Source: Eledone cirrhosa (lineage: Eukaryota). Taken from it: 64,000 nucleotides of DNA. The translations under genes were made by a program, and so were the position numbers. Of the stretch, positions 1 to 13,000 are shown piece after piece. Under the pieces are notes generated by a model. That model searched no databases. It was not told the DNA's origin and saw only the letters and a program-made list of their open reading frames with translations. How positions within the stretch are numbered: the first letter of the stretch is position 1; each line of letters starts with the position of its first letter. The stretch spans positions 429,102,001 through 429,166,000 of the forward strand of contig OZ024740.1 in the NCBI GenBank assembly GCA_964016885.1. Reading direction: 5' to 3'.

Positions 1-349
1 ATCGCCAACAGCGTGAAACAGACTGTTAGCTTCTCTCCCTTCTTTCGCCGAAAAGAAGTAAGTGACATGGTCACTACTTTAAAACCGATAGCGTAAGGTC
101 TTCAAAATGTTTTTAATTAAACATACAGTATATTGCCAAATATACTATACATACATCCATCTATACATCGCTATTTCAGAGAACCAATCCCTAATACCAT
201 ATATATAAATATATATATATTATTGTGTGATGGCCATACTCGATAACGAGGGAGCAGCCATCATGTATGTATGTACATATGTATGAATGAATATATGTAT
301 GTATGTAATGTATGCATGTATGTATCTATGTATGTATGTATATATGTAT

Positions 350-950
350 GTCAGGTCACCAGTTGGTGCGACTGGTAACATGTATCCCAGTACAACCTGT
401 CTCATGGTCGGGTCTTTGGCGACTAAACTGGCAACCCCACCAAGGTTTCTTGGTGAGGAGGGTGGCTTTGGACATCCTGCAGGACTAAAAACAAAACCTG
501 TGAAAGACAAAGGAGCTCTTAAGAGTCAATGGCCATCCAAAATCACCAGGAGAGATGACCCCTTAGCCTTTGTCAAGGCAGAATTCTAGGAGAAGGAAAA
601 CTCTGATATAACACCTGCAACCCTGATGGTATCCAATGATGTTGACTTGTTCTTCTTTTTGGTAAATATCATCTTGGTTAAGAGAGTGGGACTGGCTTTG
701 TGCAGTGCCTTTGCTCACTATAAAAGCTTCACGGAACAGGCATTGCTTTATATCTGGAGATCTCTCTGCACTTGTCGTCACATGGTACCATGGGCCCAGC
801 ACTATGTGTCAATAATTGTCACAAGTGTAGTGTTTGTACCAGAGTTTTCAAGTCGCTGGCTGGACTGAAATGTCACACTCGTTCAGCGCATCGGTAGGTG
901 TTCTCCTACATGGATATAAAGTAGTGACAGCCACCATGTATGTATGTATG
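350..950 (+). mobile_element. Non-autonomous RTE-LINE derivative (5'UTR-like part + C2H2 zinc-finger 3' end, (TATG)n tail)
   Basis: Near-identical to 25803-26430 on the opposite strand. Its 3' part encodes CSVCTRVFKSLAGLK.HTRSAH*. It sits in and ends with (TATG)n, and the 3' end of another copy lies at about 228-265. Confidence 0.7.
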
Positions 951-1229
951 ATATATTTATGTATGTATATATGTGTATGTATATAATGTTAAACAACGAA
1001 ACAATAAGAAAAGCAAAGTGATGTATCTATTAATTCATTGTTTTACGATTGTTTCAGAGAACAAAGTGTCCAAGTACAGATTAATCAATGCTAGTTATGT
1101 AATTCCCTGCCATCAACCTCGCAAAAGCAGATCTCTACTACTATTCTTCAGAAACAATGGGCTATTTTTCTATTAATCAGGTGAGTAAGTAAATCACATG
1201 GAAGAAACAGATAGTCAGTAGAAGCCCAT

Positions 1230-1740
1230 CGTGTTCATATATATAACTTTGATAGGTTTCGGCTGGTATTGGTCCAGGCCATGTCTAACTTAATAGCACC
1301 ACCTAGCGAAGTTCTCAAATCAGGATTTGTACGCCATGGCCCACTCAAGTAGAGAGTTATTGTTACGGAGACATATCCGAGTGTAGGAGGTTTATCCGGG
1401 ATTTCTTAGAGGAATTTGTTCAAAGACTTTTTGAAATTTATGGGATATGTTTCTGTTTTAATGTGTTTTGGTGTAATGTTAAAGAGAGTGGGACCAATTG
1501 AGGTGAAATAATTGTGCCGTAACGTTGTTATAAGTGTGAGTTTGATATTTGTTTTGGGTGGATAGCACGGAGCCCACGCTTTGGATGCACATTAAAGGTG
1601 ATGCCAACATCATTTGGTAAAGGCTGATGGAATATTTTCTACATCATACAGATAATGTAGCTTTTATGGCAGCGTTGGAGAGAATAACGTTTGAGTTTTT
1701 CTATTCGACTTCAATAGTCAAGGCCTGACATGCTATCTAT
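1230..1740 (-). mobile_element. CR1/L2-group LINE ORF2 C-terminal remnant with stop codons
   Basis: Minus-strand translation GLDY*SRIEKLKRYSLQR...FTSIGPTLFNITPKHI...FKKSLNKFL*EIPDKPP.LGY...NSLLEW matches the typical CR1-type ORF2 tail. Confidence 0.75.
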
Positions 1741-3479
1741 CTTTTTCGATCTATATTGGTAGCAAACGTTCCATTTCAAAGATGTTCTTGATGTACTTGT
1801 GGTCGTTTTCAAACCAGTGTTGTATGGGCCACTTTGGCCTTACTTCGGTTTCTCCAGAATAACCCCTACAGTAGGCCGATTCATGATCTATTTTAGCTTT
1901 CATGATGTCACATTCGTGTTTATTTGTGAGGTTAGTGTGCCGGAAGTGCGGGGTTCGTGTACCTGCCACTTCCTCTTTCACCAGGACACGGTACGGGTGG
2001 GCGTGGTATAATGGTGTGTGAGAGACGCTCTGTATTTTCTTGGCCGGACGTAAGACAGGTGAACATCTGCACGGAGACATTCAATCCACACCATGGGAGA
2101 CGCAAGGTAGGTCCGTTTGCTTCCTCAATTTAAGATATTTCGGCGTCGTTCTCACTTCCGGAACCCTAGTCCCACCTTATTTATCTTTAAGTTTTTTTTA
2201 TCTAACACAATAGCCTTTCGCTTGTGTTTCGAACTAACAAATTCAGATTTCCCTACTGTTCATTTCTAATAGGGGTTTGTTACAGAGATACAGTATGAAC
2301 AGAGATTGTGGAAAAGGATGGAATGATGTGAAGAGCGCAATGGCCAGGGCAGTGCTGTCCATATATTTGGTAAAATACGTAAACTGACGAAACTGATGAG
2401 GGTTAACTTAAGCAACAATTAATCAAATGAGAGATTGTTGGAAATCGATAAATCCAGTTGATGTGAGAAGTAAATAATTCTTGAACGGAAAATAGAGTCA
2501 GATGTATATTGACATGAGTGAAGGAAATTTGAGGTTATTGGCTGTGAAGAGTGGGGAGGACCAGAGAAAGGGGGCGAAACAGGGTCAGGATACAGAGGAA
2601 ATAGAAAAGGGAACAAAGAGAAGAAGTCAAATGACGTTTATCAGAATGTTCTCAAAATAAAGTCTAGCGTAGAGGGGGGGAGGGCAATGAGGTCAAAGAT
2701 GGTTGGAGCAAGTTTCCAACAAATAAAAGGAAAGGTGACATGGAAGAGATAGAAAGAGTAGGAGAAAGTGAGCGGATAAACAAAGGATTAATTATAAAGG
2801 CAGAGAGAGACGCCATAGTGTGTATCGAACACGTGCAGGCATGATGGGGCCGTTGATGGAGTGACAGTAGAAGGCAATGAAATTATACACAACATTAACA
2901 GAGAAGATAAGGTCGGTCACTAACAAGAAATGAGAGGAAAATGCAAGCCTGTAAAATAATGGAGATTGGAATAATGGATAGATAGAAGTTGGTGGATGAA
3001 AGCTCTGATATTCAGTTGCTGCAAATATTCATACTTGTAGCAAGCATACACAGTGTGTAACTAGCAATCACTCAGGTCTTACAGCGCTTCATTACTGAAC
3101 CGTAAATATTTTGTGTTTTTATTTTTACTAACGATAATCAGTGAGAAGTGGAATTGTGCCTCCTTTGATAGAAATACATTCACAAAACATAAACTGAATA
3201 AATCGAATTTGGCGTTAACTGGAACTGCTTTAATGTAGGCCTGTCTATTTTATATGTTTAAACAAAGCTAAAAATCTATGTTTTTTATGTTGTGTTGATT
3301 TTGATAGGTGGAGGGGAAAGTCGATTAAATCAACCACAGTTTGACAATTACAACAAGCCGATAGAATATGTACCAAGCTGAACCTAGTACTAGGGGCCGC
3401 CATGATCAAGAAAATCCTTGAAAGTTGTGCTTCAGAATGACTGCTAACCAAGTATTACTAAAACATTATCATCATCGAA

Positions 3480-3690
3480 GAATCGGTAGTGTGTCGGATA
3501 AAATGCTTCGCGGTATATAGTTACGGCCCTTTACGTACTAAGTTCAAATCCCACTAAAGTTAGCTTTGCCTTTCCCTCTTACGAGGTCGTTAAAATATAG
3601 CACCAGTAATGAACTGGGTTCGATTTAATCGACTTACCCTCCCCCACAATTGCTGACCTTGTTTCTATAGTAGAAATATTTATTACTGTT
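3480..3690 (+). mobile_element. tRNA-derived SINE family A, diverged copy
   Basis: B-box-like GTTCAAATCC, core TTTGCCTTTC..GGTCG.TAAAATA..ACCAG and tail GCTGACCTTGT..AGTAGAAA shared with more than 10 copies in the window. Confidence 0.75.
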
Positions 3691-3842
3691 ATTATTATTA
3701 AAGCCTTGCTCCCAGGGTGTGATGTAAGCATTTGACAATATTTAAAGAAAACATGCACAGGGAAAAAAATTCTCATAGCAGATATAAAAATTGAAACCAA
3801 TAAAAGTTTTAAAGATTTTAAGAGCATAGTTAGAAAAAAAAA

Positions 3843-3982
<140 letters not shown>

Positions 3983-4066
3983 ACCGTAAGTCACGGGATA
4001 ATTTTCACATTCGAAATTATCGTTGGTAGCGAATAACTCAGAAGAATGTTTTCATTCATTGAGAAA

Positions 4067-4134
4067 TTCCCTGATGAGTTGAGATTTCTCACTGTCTTCA
4101 AAACTACGATTATTAAACGAAACTGCAGTCAGGA
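4067..4134 (+). ncRNA. Type I hammerhead ribozyme motif
   Basis: CTGATGA at 4071, GAAA at 4119, palindromic stem III ACTGCAGT, GTC cleavage triplet. Stem I is imperfect. Confidence 0.6.
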
Positions 4135-4197
4135 CATCAAAGTGAAGTAATTTGTTTAATCTTGTTTACTTTTCACAAATATAATTTTATCATATGT

Positions 4198-4669
4198 ATA
4201 ACAGAACACACTCACTGTTTGGTTGGTTTTCGCTTCTGTATCTTTTATATCTCCATAGTTAATTTATTTGGCAATCAATGCTTATCATTGACTGACCAAC
4301 GGTTAAAAATACAGATATAAATATATATATATATATAGTCTATCAAAGTTCTTTCGTTGCACATCTGCAGCATCATCAGTGGTACTATTATCATGTTCCC
4401 TCCTGTTGTATTGTAATGTTTACGCCCTTTTGGGAAAATGGTGTAAACAATATATATATATATATATATAACATGATAATAGTACCACTGATGATGCTGC
4501 AGATGTGCAACGAAAGAACTTTGATAGACTATATATATATATATATTTATATCTGTATTTTTAACCGTTGGTCAGTCAATGATAAACATTGATTGCCAAA
4601 TAAATTAACTATGGAGATATAAAAGATACAGAAGCGAAAACCAACCAAACAGTGAGTGTGTTCTGTTAT
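4198..4669. repeat. ~200-bp-arm inverted repeat (foldback) with a hammerhead-like motif in each arm
   Basis: 4198-4397 is the near-perfect reverse complement of 4470-4669. CTGATGA at 4488, TGCA-gatg-TGCA stem, CGAAA at 4511. Confidence 0.85.
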
Positions 4670-4680
4670 CATTTCTGGTA

Positions 4681-4799
4681 GAGTTCAAATCCCGCCGGAG
4701 TTAACTTTGCCTTTCATCCTTACGGGGTCGCTAAAATAAAGTACCAGTAATACACTAATATAATTGCTGGCCTTGTGTCAAAAGTAGAAACAATTATTA
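4681..4799 (+). mobile_element. SINE family A, 5'-truncated
   Basis: GAGTTCAAATCCCGCC..TTTGCCTTTCATCCTTACGGGGTCG..AAGTACCAGTAATACACT..GGCCTTGTG..AAGTAGAAACAATT. Confidence 0.85.
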
Positions 4800-5329
4800 C
4801 AACAATATGACCCTCCCCAAGTATAACAATATATATATATATATAAGCTACTGTTTCTACGTCTGCGACTTGGTTTGTAATCTGATGAAAGTTTCAATCT
4901 CGAAATCTTTAAATCATGAGCATAACAGAATAAGTTTTGCTCTTACTATACATGCTATCTATTGGCCAACTCTATTCGTTCGTGTGCAGAATTAACCTGC
5001 AATGTTATTTTCGACACTACAGACTGACAGCAAGCACATGTTCGTATAATGTTCAGTGACATCAACTTCCGTCAACTTCCCACTTTACATTTTGCCAGTC
5101 CATTTTTCTCCATCGTTTCCTGCCGTTCACTCGTCAACGAGATTCTCCGTAAAATATCCAAGTCTAATGTGGGCTAAGAATAGGAGATGGTGTGGGTTGT
5201 CTTGTATAATTATGGCCTCACCATCCTTTAGGATACAGCTTAGTAACTAGAACAATATCAGATGTAGTTAAACAGAACGAGGATCAAATCTTCCTTTGAC
5301 CAATACCTTCTCGCCTGCATTCGGACTGT

Positions 5330-6030
5330 CTCACAACCAAACAGCAACGCCTGCTTAAATACGTTGCTTTTTTCGTCGACCGGCATGAGTGCATATCTTT
5401 GAATTTGTGTCTGTTAACCACATAAACGCTGCTGTAGAGCTACTATCGAGGTGTTGAACTACACCCACTTTTTGTGCACACATTACTGTGGGTTTCACTC
5501 ACCATGCTGCACTGAACAATGTCATTAAAAGAAGACCCTGTACCGCTGGCTACCCATCTCAACTGAAGCCTGTTAGCCTCGATCGTGGCAATGTAGGCAC
5601 TCGGATGGGATTTCTTTCCTATTCAGGGTGGGTGGAATTAGTTAGGTTTCTCAATAGCGATACCACATGTAACACATTATCCAGTGCCAGCCTTGTCACG
5701 GCCTGCATGTATGGTCCTGTAACTCCCGAGGGAGTCGTGGCGGCGCCGTATTGAGATACGATACTTCTAGGGCAGTTTTAAACCTGGCGGAGCCCATCTC
5801 CTCTCCAGGTTTGAATACGACAGATGTCTTCCAGTGAAGGATAGCGAGAGTGAGAGAAAGGAAGTGAGAAAGAGATATAGAGGAAGAATCGATCCAGTAG
5901 TAAACTGGTACATTTTATCGACCTTGAATGGATGAAAGGCAAAGTTAACCTCGGCGGTATTTGAACTCAAGACAGAGACCTGGAACTAACACCACGAAGC
6001 ATTCTATCCGACGTTCTAACGACGCTGCCA
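5330..6030 (-). mobile_element. Composite element: SINE-A-like tRNA head and core fused to an RTE-5'UTR-like body
   Basis: Colinear with 48895-49240 across the head, core, pyrimidine linker and ATTCAAACC.GGAGAGGAGATGGGCT.CGCCAGGTTT..TGCCCTAGAA body. The left boundary is uncertain. Confidence 0.6.
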
Positions 6031-6237
6031 TTTTTTGTCATAAATATAGGAGTTGAATAAATATGAGTCATTAACAACCGGAGTTTATTTCACACCACTT
6101 GCCGTTGAAACCTTTACTATCCTCTAGTTCTGGACTGTCACTTCTCTCCACCAAATTGAGATGAGGACATGAAAAAGGGGCCTCGTGTGGTGGTATAAAC
6201 CAATGTAGCAGATATTATTAGTTGTTCTTTAATGTGC

Positions 6238-6423
6238 ATTGGCAGTATCAATAGAGGGTCAGACGCCATGCTTTGCAGCATAGAGTTACGCCCCTTTATG
6301 ATCTGAGTTCAAATCCCGGCAAGGTTAACTTTGCTTTTCATCCTTACTGGGTCGTTAAAATAAAGTACCAGAAGTACACTGGGATAATTGCTGGCCTTGT
6401 GCCAAATGTAGAAACAATTATTG
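6238..6423 (+). mobile_element. SINE family A
   Basis: Full head ATTGGCAGTATC..TAGAGGGTC through tail GTAGAAACAATTATT. Confidence 0.85.
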
Positions 6424-6563
6424 GTTGTTCTTTGTGGCAACACCTTTGCCTACTTGTCTGTAGTCCGTAGCTGAGATAAACAGTTAAGCTGGGGCTGTGA
6501 TGTTTGCTTTTGTTTTTTGTTTTGTCGCTGTTTTTTATTACTTATTTTATCGATTCTGGTGTT

Positions 6564-6650
6564 AGGGATTTGAACTTAGAGTGTGAAGAGGCGTATCAAA
6601 ATACCGCAAGTTATTGTCTGACGCTCTACTGATTCTGCCAATCCACCACC
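6564..6650 (-). mobile_element. SINE family A head fragment
   Basis: Reverse complement reads GGTGGTGGATTGGCAGAATCAGTAGAGCGTC...AGTTCAAATCCC. Confidence 0.65.
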
Positions 6651-6912
6651 ATAATAATGTCCTTAGAAAAAGGTATGAGCGTTAAAACATCCCATTTGCC
6701 ACTCCTTAATAGAAAAAAATACAAAAAAATACACGGTTTTGTGTTACATGAAAAGAATCGAAATTATTGATTTCATGGTTATTGCGGCAAATGTTATAAC
6801 ATTTTATGCTGATCAAAATAACGGTCTAATTGGTAAAAGAATTTAGGAGTTTAGTAACTAAATTCCGTTTTATTTTATTGTTTGTTGTGGTTATTGGGTT
6901 TTGTTTTTTGCT

Positions 6913-6962
6913 ATTATTATAATTATTGTAATTATTATTATTAATATTGTCATTATTATCAC

Positions 6963-7031
<69 letters not shown>

Positions 7032-7075
7032 CATTATCATCATTTTGTTGTTGTTGCTGTTGTTGTTATCATTCC
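6913..7075. repeat. (ATT)n/(TTG)n microsatellite
   Basis: Direct reading. Confidence 0.95.
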
Positions 7076-7420
7076 TATTATAAAAGGGCTAGAATTCTTT
7101 CCAGCGCTCATTAAGTTACATTAAAGTCGATTGCAAGTCCTGAGGCATTTTCTTCATCATGCGTAGAAAAACATCGGATGAAAACTGTTCATCGAAGCAT
7201 GTAATCAAAGATAAGGTGATGAAAGGAATCCTTTGCTTCAATTGCCCAGTGATTTATGTATTCACCGTATGACATTTAGGATTTCTCTCATTTCCATCAG
7301 AGAAACTAGGATTTTCAATCCCAATTTTTTTAAAGGCAAGTATTAATTAGAAAACTTCCTTCTCAAAAGTTCGTTAATGTGATACAAAATTTATCTAGCA
7401 ATCTGTCTCTCACCATATAT

Positions 7421-7488
<68 letters not shown>

Positions 7489-8312
7489 TTGTATATGTGT
7501 TTGATCGAGTATGTATGAGAGTATATGTGTATATCTGTCTGTGTGTGTGTAAGTATGTATTTACGTGTGTGTATTGAAGAAAGAACATTAAGTTGAAACT
7601 TCTCTTGTGTTCTTTGTTTAAGATTTCATATATTTATATATTTGAGTGGTTTTTTCGTAGGCAGGTGATTGTCTAAAAGTATTCAAAAAGTTTCAGGAAC
7701 CAAAAACGACATAACAAGAAAATATTGTTATGAAGGCATTGTAATTAATCTTTCGTTGTAAGGAAAAACTTTGGAGAATTGAATGTTTCGGACAGTAGAC
7801 CTTCATCAAGAACAGAGAAGAAAACAGCTCCGTGATTACGACTATTTGAAAAACACATATTGGTTTCGGATTAAGCGCAATACACGTGTCTTTATTCCAA
7901 CATGCTTTGTCAGCAAATGAAACTATGTATGATTTCTTGGTCAATTTCTCTTAGTTTTTGAAGAATTAAATCCTCCGGAAACGTATAGCGGACTTTTCAA
8001 TTATTGGTGGTTCTAATAAGAATGTTCTCCCCATATGAAACTATTGATGAATGTATGAAACTATATGAAACTATATGTATGTAAGCGAGTTTAGAATAGT
8101 TTTTGTCTATCTTGTTTGTACTCCCATAAATAGAGTTTTTCTCACTTAATTTTAATACATTGCTTCTCTGAGAGAGTTCTCACATTGTGATGTTTGAGTA
8201 TTGGAGACTAATGAACCTTTAATTAATATATATATATATATATATGCGTGTGTGTATATATATATACATATATTCATATATATATATACATATATATATG
8301 TATATATATACA

Positions 8313-8419
<107 letters not shown>

Positions 8420-8532
8420 ATATATATATATATGTATATATATTATATATATATATACATATACTTAGGTTAATAGGAGTTAGGTATTGTATACCCGTGT
8501 CCCATTAAGGTATTGGCAGCACCCCTTTTATA

Positions 8533-8577
8533 GCTCTGACGAATCCTACGGTTACGTAAGGAAGAAACATTGTAAGC
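8533..8577 (+). ncRNA. Minimal type I hammerhead ribozyme motif
   Basis: gct-CTGACGA-atcctacg/gtta/cgtaagga-a-GAAA-cattg-TA-agc followed by AATAAA, inside a short insert flanked by (TA)n. Confidence 0.7.
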
Positions 8578-8623
8578 CAATAAAAAATCTTTTGATGTTG
8601 TAGACGCTCTTGTGTTCTTTATC

Positions 8624-8654
<31 letters not shown>

Positions 8655-8667
8655 CATACGTATATAT

Positions 8668-8811
8668 AGAAAAGGCTTCTACGGGACTAGAACTGTTTCA
8701 TTCGGGAGAAATCATCAGGCTTCCTGATGATTTCTATATTAAATATTGCTATATTAAATATCTATATCCTGCTTTGTATTGAGTATTTCACTTACTGTGG
8801 TTACATATAAA

Positions 8812-8815
<4 letters not shown>
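8668..8815. mobile_element. Hammerhead-bearing foldback insertion (family of 33262, 55341, 58434)
   Basis: GGCTTCTACGGGACTAGAACTGTTTCATTC..AAATCATCAGG then CTTCCTGATGATTTC, with an internally deleted right arm and the shared 3' tail GTATTGAGTA..CTTACTGTGGTT. Confidence 0.75.
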
Positions 8816-8857
<42 letters not shown>

Positions 8858-8861
<4 letters not shown>

Positions 8862-9711
8862 TATGTACACGTACATACATATATGTATACAGACGTACAG
8901 TAGTATGTGTATATATATACATACATGCACATATATATGTACGTATGGATTCACCGAACATTTATGATAATGCTCCGAATTAAGCCGTACAGTGTCTAGC
9001 AACCATCGTTGCTCATTTGTTCAACAATGACAAAGGAACGCTGTACTAGTTTCAAGCTTATTAGCTATCCTCAACAACGTATACCATAAAAACACACCGA
9101 GCATTATCATAAATGTTCGGTGAATCCATACGTACATATATATATGTGTGAATGTATGTATATATATATATACATACTACTGTACGTCTGTATACATATA
9201 TGTATGTACATGTACATACTTATATTTAAGTAACAACCGTACTAAGAGTGAGAAATGAAATTTCGTTTCATTTTTTCCGTTTATCGTTTTCGGTACCCCG
9301 GCCGATTAACCCACTCGATATACAAATTAGGCTGCTCAGCCGTTAATATGCATCAGGAAAGTATATATTTTCAGAAGTTCAACCATCTGGCAGGAAGGTA
9401 TACGTTGCTGACGATAGCTAATAAGCTTGAAACTAGTACAGCGTTCCTTTGTCAGTGTTGAACAAATGAGCAACGATGGTTGTTAGACACTGTACGGCTT
9501 AATTCGGGATGTTTGTTTACAAACACGCAGAGCATTATAATAAATGGTCGGTGAATCCATACGTACATATATATATATATGTGCATGTATGTATATATAT
9601 ATATACATACTACTGCACGTCTGTATACATATATGTATGTACGTCTACATACTTATATTTAAGTAACAGCCGTACTAAGAGTGAGAAATGAAATTTCGTT
9701 ACATTTTTTCC

Positions 9712-9716
<5 letters not shown>
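8858..9716. mobile_element. Penelope-like pseudo-LTR structure: partial tandem unit plus inverted copy, with minimal hammerhead
   Basis: About 9090-9285 is directly repeated at about 9520-9715, and 8858-9085 is an inverted copy. (TA)n on both sides. Confidence 0.75.
9402..9444 (+). ncRNA. Minimal type I hammerhead ribozyme
   Basis: acgttg-CTGACGA-t-agct/aata/agct-t-GAAA-ctag-TA-cagcgt. 6-bp stem I and palindromic ACTAGT stem III. Confidence 0.8.
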
Positions 9717-9771
<55 letters not shown>

Positions 9772-9815
9772 AAATAACAGGAGGCTGGACTGGTGTAAAT
9801 CCTTGAAAGGTTTAT

Positions 9816-9874
9816 TATACTATGATAATTTCAGTGAACGGGTTCCGTATGAATCCGGTGATGTCATCAGATAT
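9816..9874 (-). ncRNA. Degenerate hammerhead motif
   Basis: Minus strand atat-CTGATGA-..cggattc/atacg/gaacccg..-GAAA-ttatca-TA-gtat, then AATAAA. Confidence 0.45.
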
Positions 9875-10049
9875 TGGAATATAACAAAGGAATATGTAAA
9901 AAACCATGGGTCCGAAAAATCAGGACAGAGACAAAGAGGACGACTGACCAACTAGCTGCCTTTAGCTCGGCCAGTCGCCCTCAGACTGGTGACAACTGAA
10001 TCTCCTAATGATCATATGGTGAGGGGGCGAAGGCTTATAATGCACTATA

Positions 10050-13000
10050 ATGGTAGTAGTGATAATGTGGGGATAGGGGTAGTAGTGATAATGTGGGGGT
10101 AGAGGTAGTAGTGATAATGTGGGGATAGGGGTAGTAGTGATAATGTGGGGGTAGAGGTAGTAGTGATAATGTGGGGATAGGGGTAGTAGTGATAATGTGG
10201 GGGTAGTGGTAGTAGTGATAATGTGGGGATAGGGGTAGTAGTGATAATGTGGGGATAGGGGTAGTAGTGATAATGTGGGGATAGGGGTAGTAGTGATAAT
10301 GTGGGGGTAGTGGTAGTAGTGATACTGTGAGGGTAGGGGTAGTAGTGTTAATGTGGGGGTAGTGGTAGTAGTGATAATGTGGGGATAGGGGTAGTAGTGA
10401 TAATGTGGGGGTAGTGGTAGTAGTGATAATGTGGGGATAGGGGTAGTAGTGATAATGTGGGGGTAGTGGTAGTAGTGATAATGTGGGGATAGGGGTAGTA
10501 GTGATAATGTGGGGATAGGGTTAGTAGTGATAATGTGGGGATAGGGGTAGTAGTGATAATGTGGGGGTAGTGGTAGTAGTGATAATGTGGGGGTAGTGGT
10601 AGTAGTGATAATGTGGGGGTAGGGGTAGTAGTGATAATGTGGGGGTAGTGGTAGTAGTGATAATGTGGGGGTAGGGGTAGTAGTGATAATGTGGGGGTAG
10701 TGGTAGTAGTGATAATGTGGGGATAGGGGTAGTAGTGATAATGTGGGGGTAGTGGTAGTAGTGATAATGTGGTGGTAAGGGTAGTAGTGATAATGTGGGG
10801 GTAGGGGTAGTAGTGATAATGTGGGGGCAGGGTTAGTAGTGATAATGTGGGGGTAGTGGTAGTAGTGATAATGTGGGGGTAGGGGTAGTAGTGATAATGT
10901 GGGGGTAGTGGTAGTAGTGATAATGTGGGGGTAGGGGTAGTAGTGATAATGTGGGGGTAGTGGTAGTAGTGATAATGTGGGGGTAGGGGTAGTAGTGATA
11001 ATGTGGGGGTAGTGGTAGTAGTGATAATGTGGGGGTAGGGCTAGTAGTGATAATGTGGGGGTAGTGGTAGAAGTGATAATGTGGGGGTAGGGGTAGTAGT
11101 GATATTTTGGGGGTAGTGGTAGTAGTGATAATGTGGTGGTAGGGGTAGTAGTGATAATGTGGGGGTAGGGGTAGTAGTGATAATGTGGGGGCAGGGGTGG
11201 TAGTGATAATGTGGGGGTAGTGGTAGTAGTGATAATGTGGGGGTAGGGGTAGTAGTGATAATGTGGGGGTAGTGGTAGTAGTGATAATGTGGTAGTAGTG
11301 GTAGTAGTGGTAATGTGGGTGTCGTGGTAGTAGTGATAATGTGGTGGTGGTGGTAGTAGTGGTAATGTGGGGGTAGTGGTAGTAGTGGTAACGTAGGGGT
11401 AGTGGTAGTAGTGGTAGTAGTGATAAGGTGAGGGTAGTGGTAGTAGAGATAATGTGGTAGTAGTGGTACTAGTGGTAATGTGAGTGTAGTGGTAGTAGTG
11501 GTAATGTGGTAGTAGTGGTAGTAGTGATAATGTGGTGGTAGTGGTAGTAGTGATAATGTGGGTGTAGTGGTAGTAGTGATAAGGTGGGGGTAGTGGTAGT
11601 AGTGATAATGTGGGTGTAGTGGTAGTAGTGATAAGGTGGGGGTAGTGGTAGTAGTGGTAATGTGGGGGGTAGTGCTGGTAGTGGTAATGTGGGGGTAGTG
11701 GTAGTAGTGATGATGTGGGAGTAGTGGTAGTAGTGGTAATGTGGGGGTAGTGGTAGTAGTGGTAATTTGGATATAGTGGTAGTAGTAGTAATGTGGGTAT
11801 AGTGGTAGTAGTGGTAATTTGAGGGTAGTGGTAGTAGTGATAATGTGGGAGTACTGGTAGTATTGGTAATGTGGGGGTAGTGGTAGTAGTGATAATGTGG
11901 GGGTAGGGGTAGTAGTGATAATGTGGCGGTAGTGGTAGTAGTGGTAGTAGTGATAATGTGGGGGTAGTTGTAGTAGTGGTAATGTGGGAGTAGTGGTAGT
12001 AGTGGTAATATGAGGGGAGTGGTAGTAGTGATAATGTGGGTGTAGTGGTAGTAGTGATAATGTGGTAGTAGTGATAATGTGGTAGTAGTGATAATGTGGT
12101 AGTAGTGGTAGTAATGGTAACATGGGGGTAGTGGTAATAGTGATAATGTGGGGGTAGTGGTAGTAGTGATAATGTGGGGGTAGTGGTAGTAGTGGTAATG
12201 TGGGGCTAGTAGTAGTAGTGATAATGTGGGGGGTAGTGGTAGTATTGGTAATGTGGGGGAAGTGGCAGTAGTGGTAATGTGGGGGTAGTGGTAGTAGTGA
12301 TAATGTGGGGGTAGTGGTAGTAGTGATAATGTCGGGGTAGTGGTATTAGTGATAATGTGGGTGTAGTGGTAGTAGTTATAATGTGTGTGTAGTGGTAGTA
12401 GTGGTAATATGGGGGTAGTGGTAGCAGTGATAATGTGGGGGTAGTGGTAATAGTGGTAATGTGGTAGTAGTGGTAGTAGTGGTAATGTGGTAGTAGTGGT
12501 AGTAGTGGTAATGTGGGAGTAGTGGTAGTAGTGGTAATGTGGGAGTAGTGGTAGTAGTGGTAATGTGGGCGTAGTGGTAGTAGTGATAATGTGGGGTAGT
12601 GGTAGTAGTGATAATGTGGGGGTAGTGGTAGTAGTGCTAATGTGGGGGTAGTGGTAGTAGTGGTAATGTGGGGGTAGTGGTAGTAGTGGTAATGTGGTGG
12701 TGGTGGTAGTAATGATACTGTGGGGGTAGTGGTAGTAGTGATAATGTGGGAGTAGTGGTGGTAGTGATAATGTGGGTGTAGTGGTAGTAGTGGTAATATG
12801 GGGGGAGTGGTAGTAGTGATAATGTGGTGGTAGTGGTAGTAGTGATAATGTGGTAGTAGTGATAATGTGGTAGTAGTGGTAGTAATGGTAATATGGGGGT
12901 AGTGGTAGTAGTGATAATGTGGGTGTAGTGGTAGTGGTGGTAATATGGGGGTAGTGGTCTAGTTATAATGGGAGTGTAGTGGTATTAGTGATAATGTGGG

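Noticed and set aside
1751-2900. 109-aa ORF and adjacent GA-rich sequence
   Set aside because: No recognisable motif. Probably decayed retroelement sequence, but I cannot assign it.
10050-11300. Telomeric repeat
   Set aside because: G-rich but not (TTAGGG)n, and internal to unique sequence.
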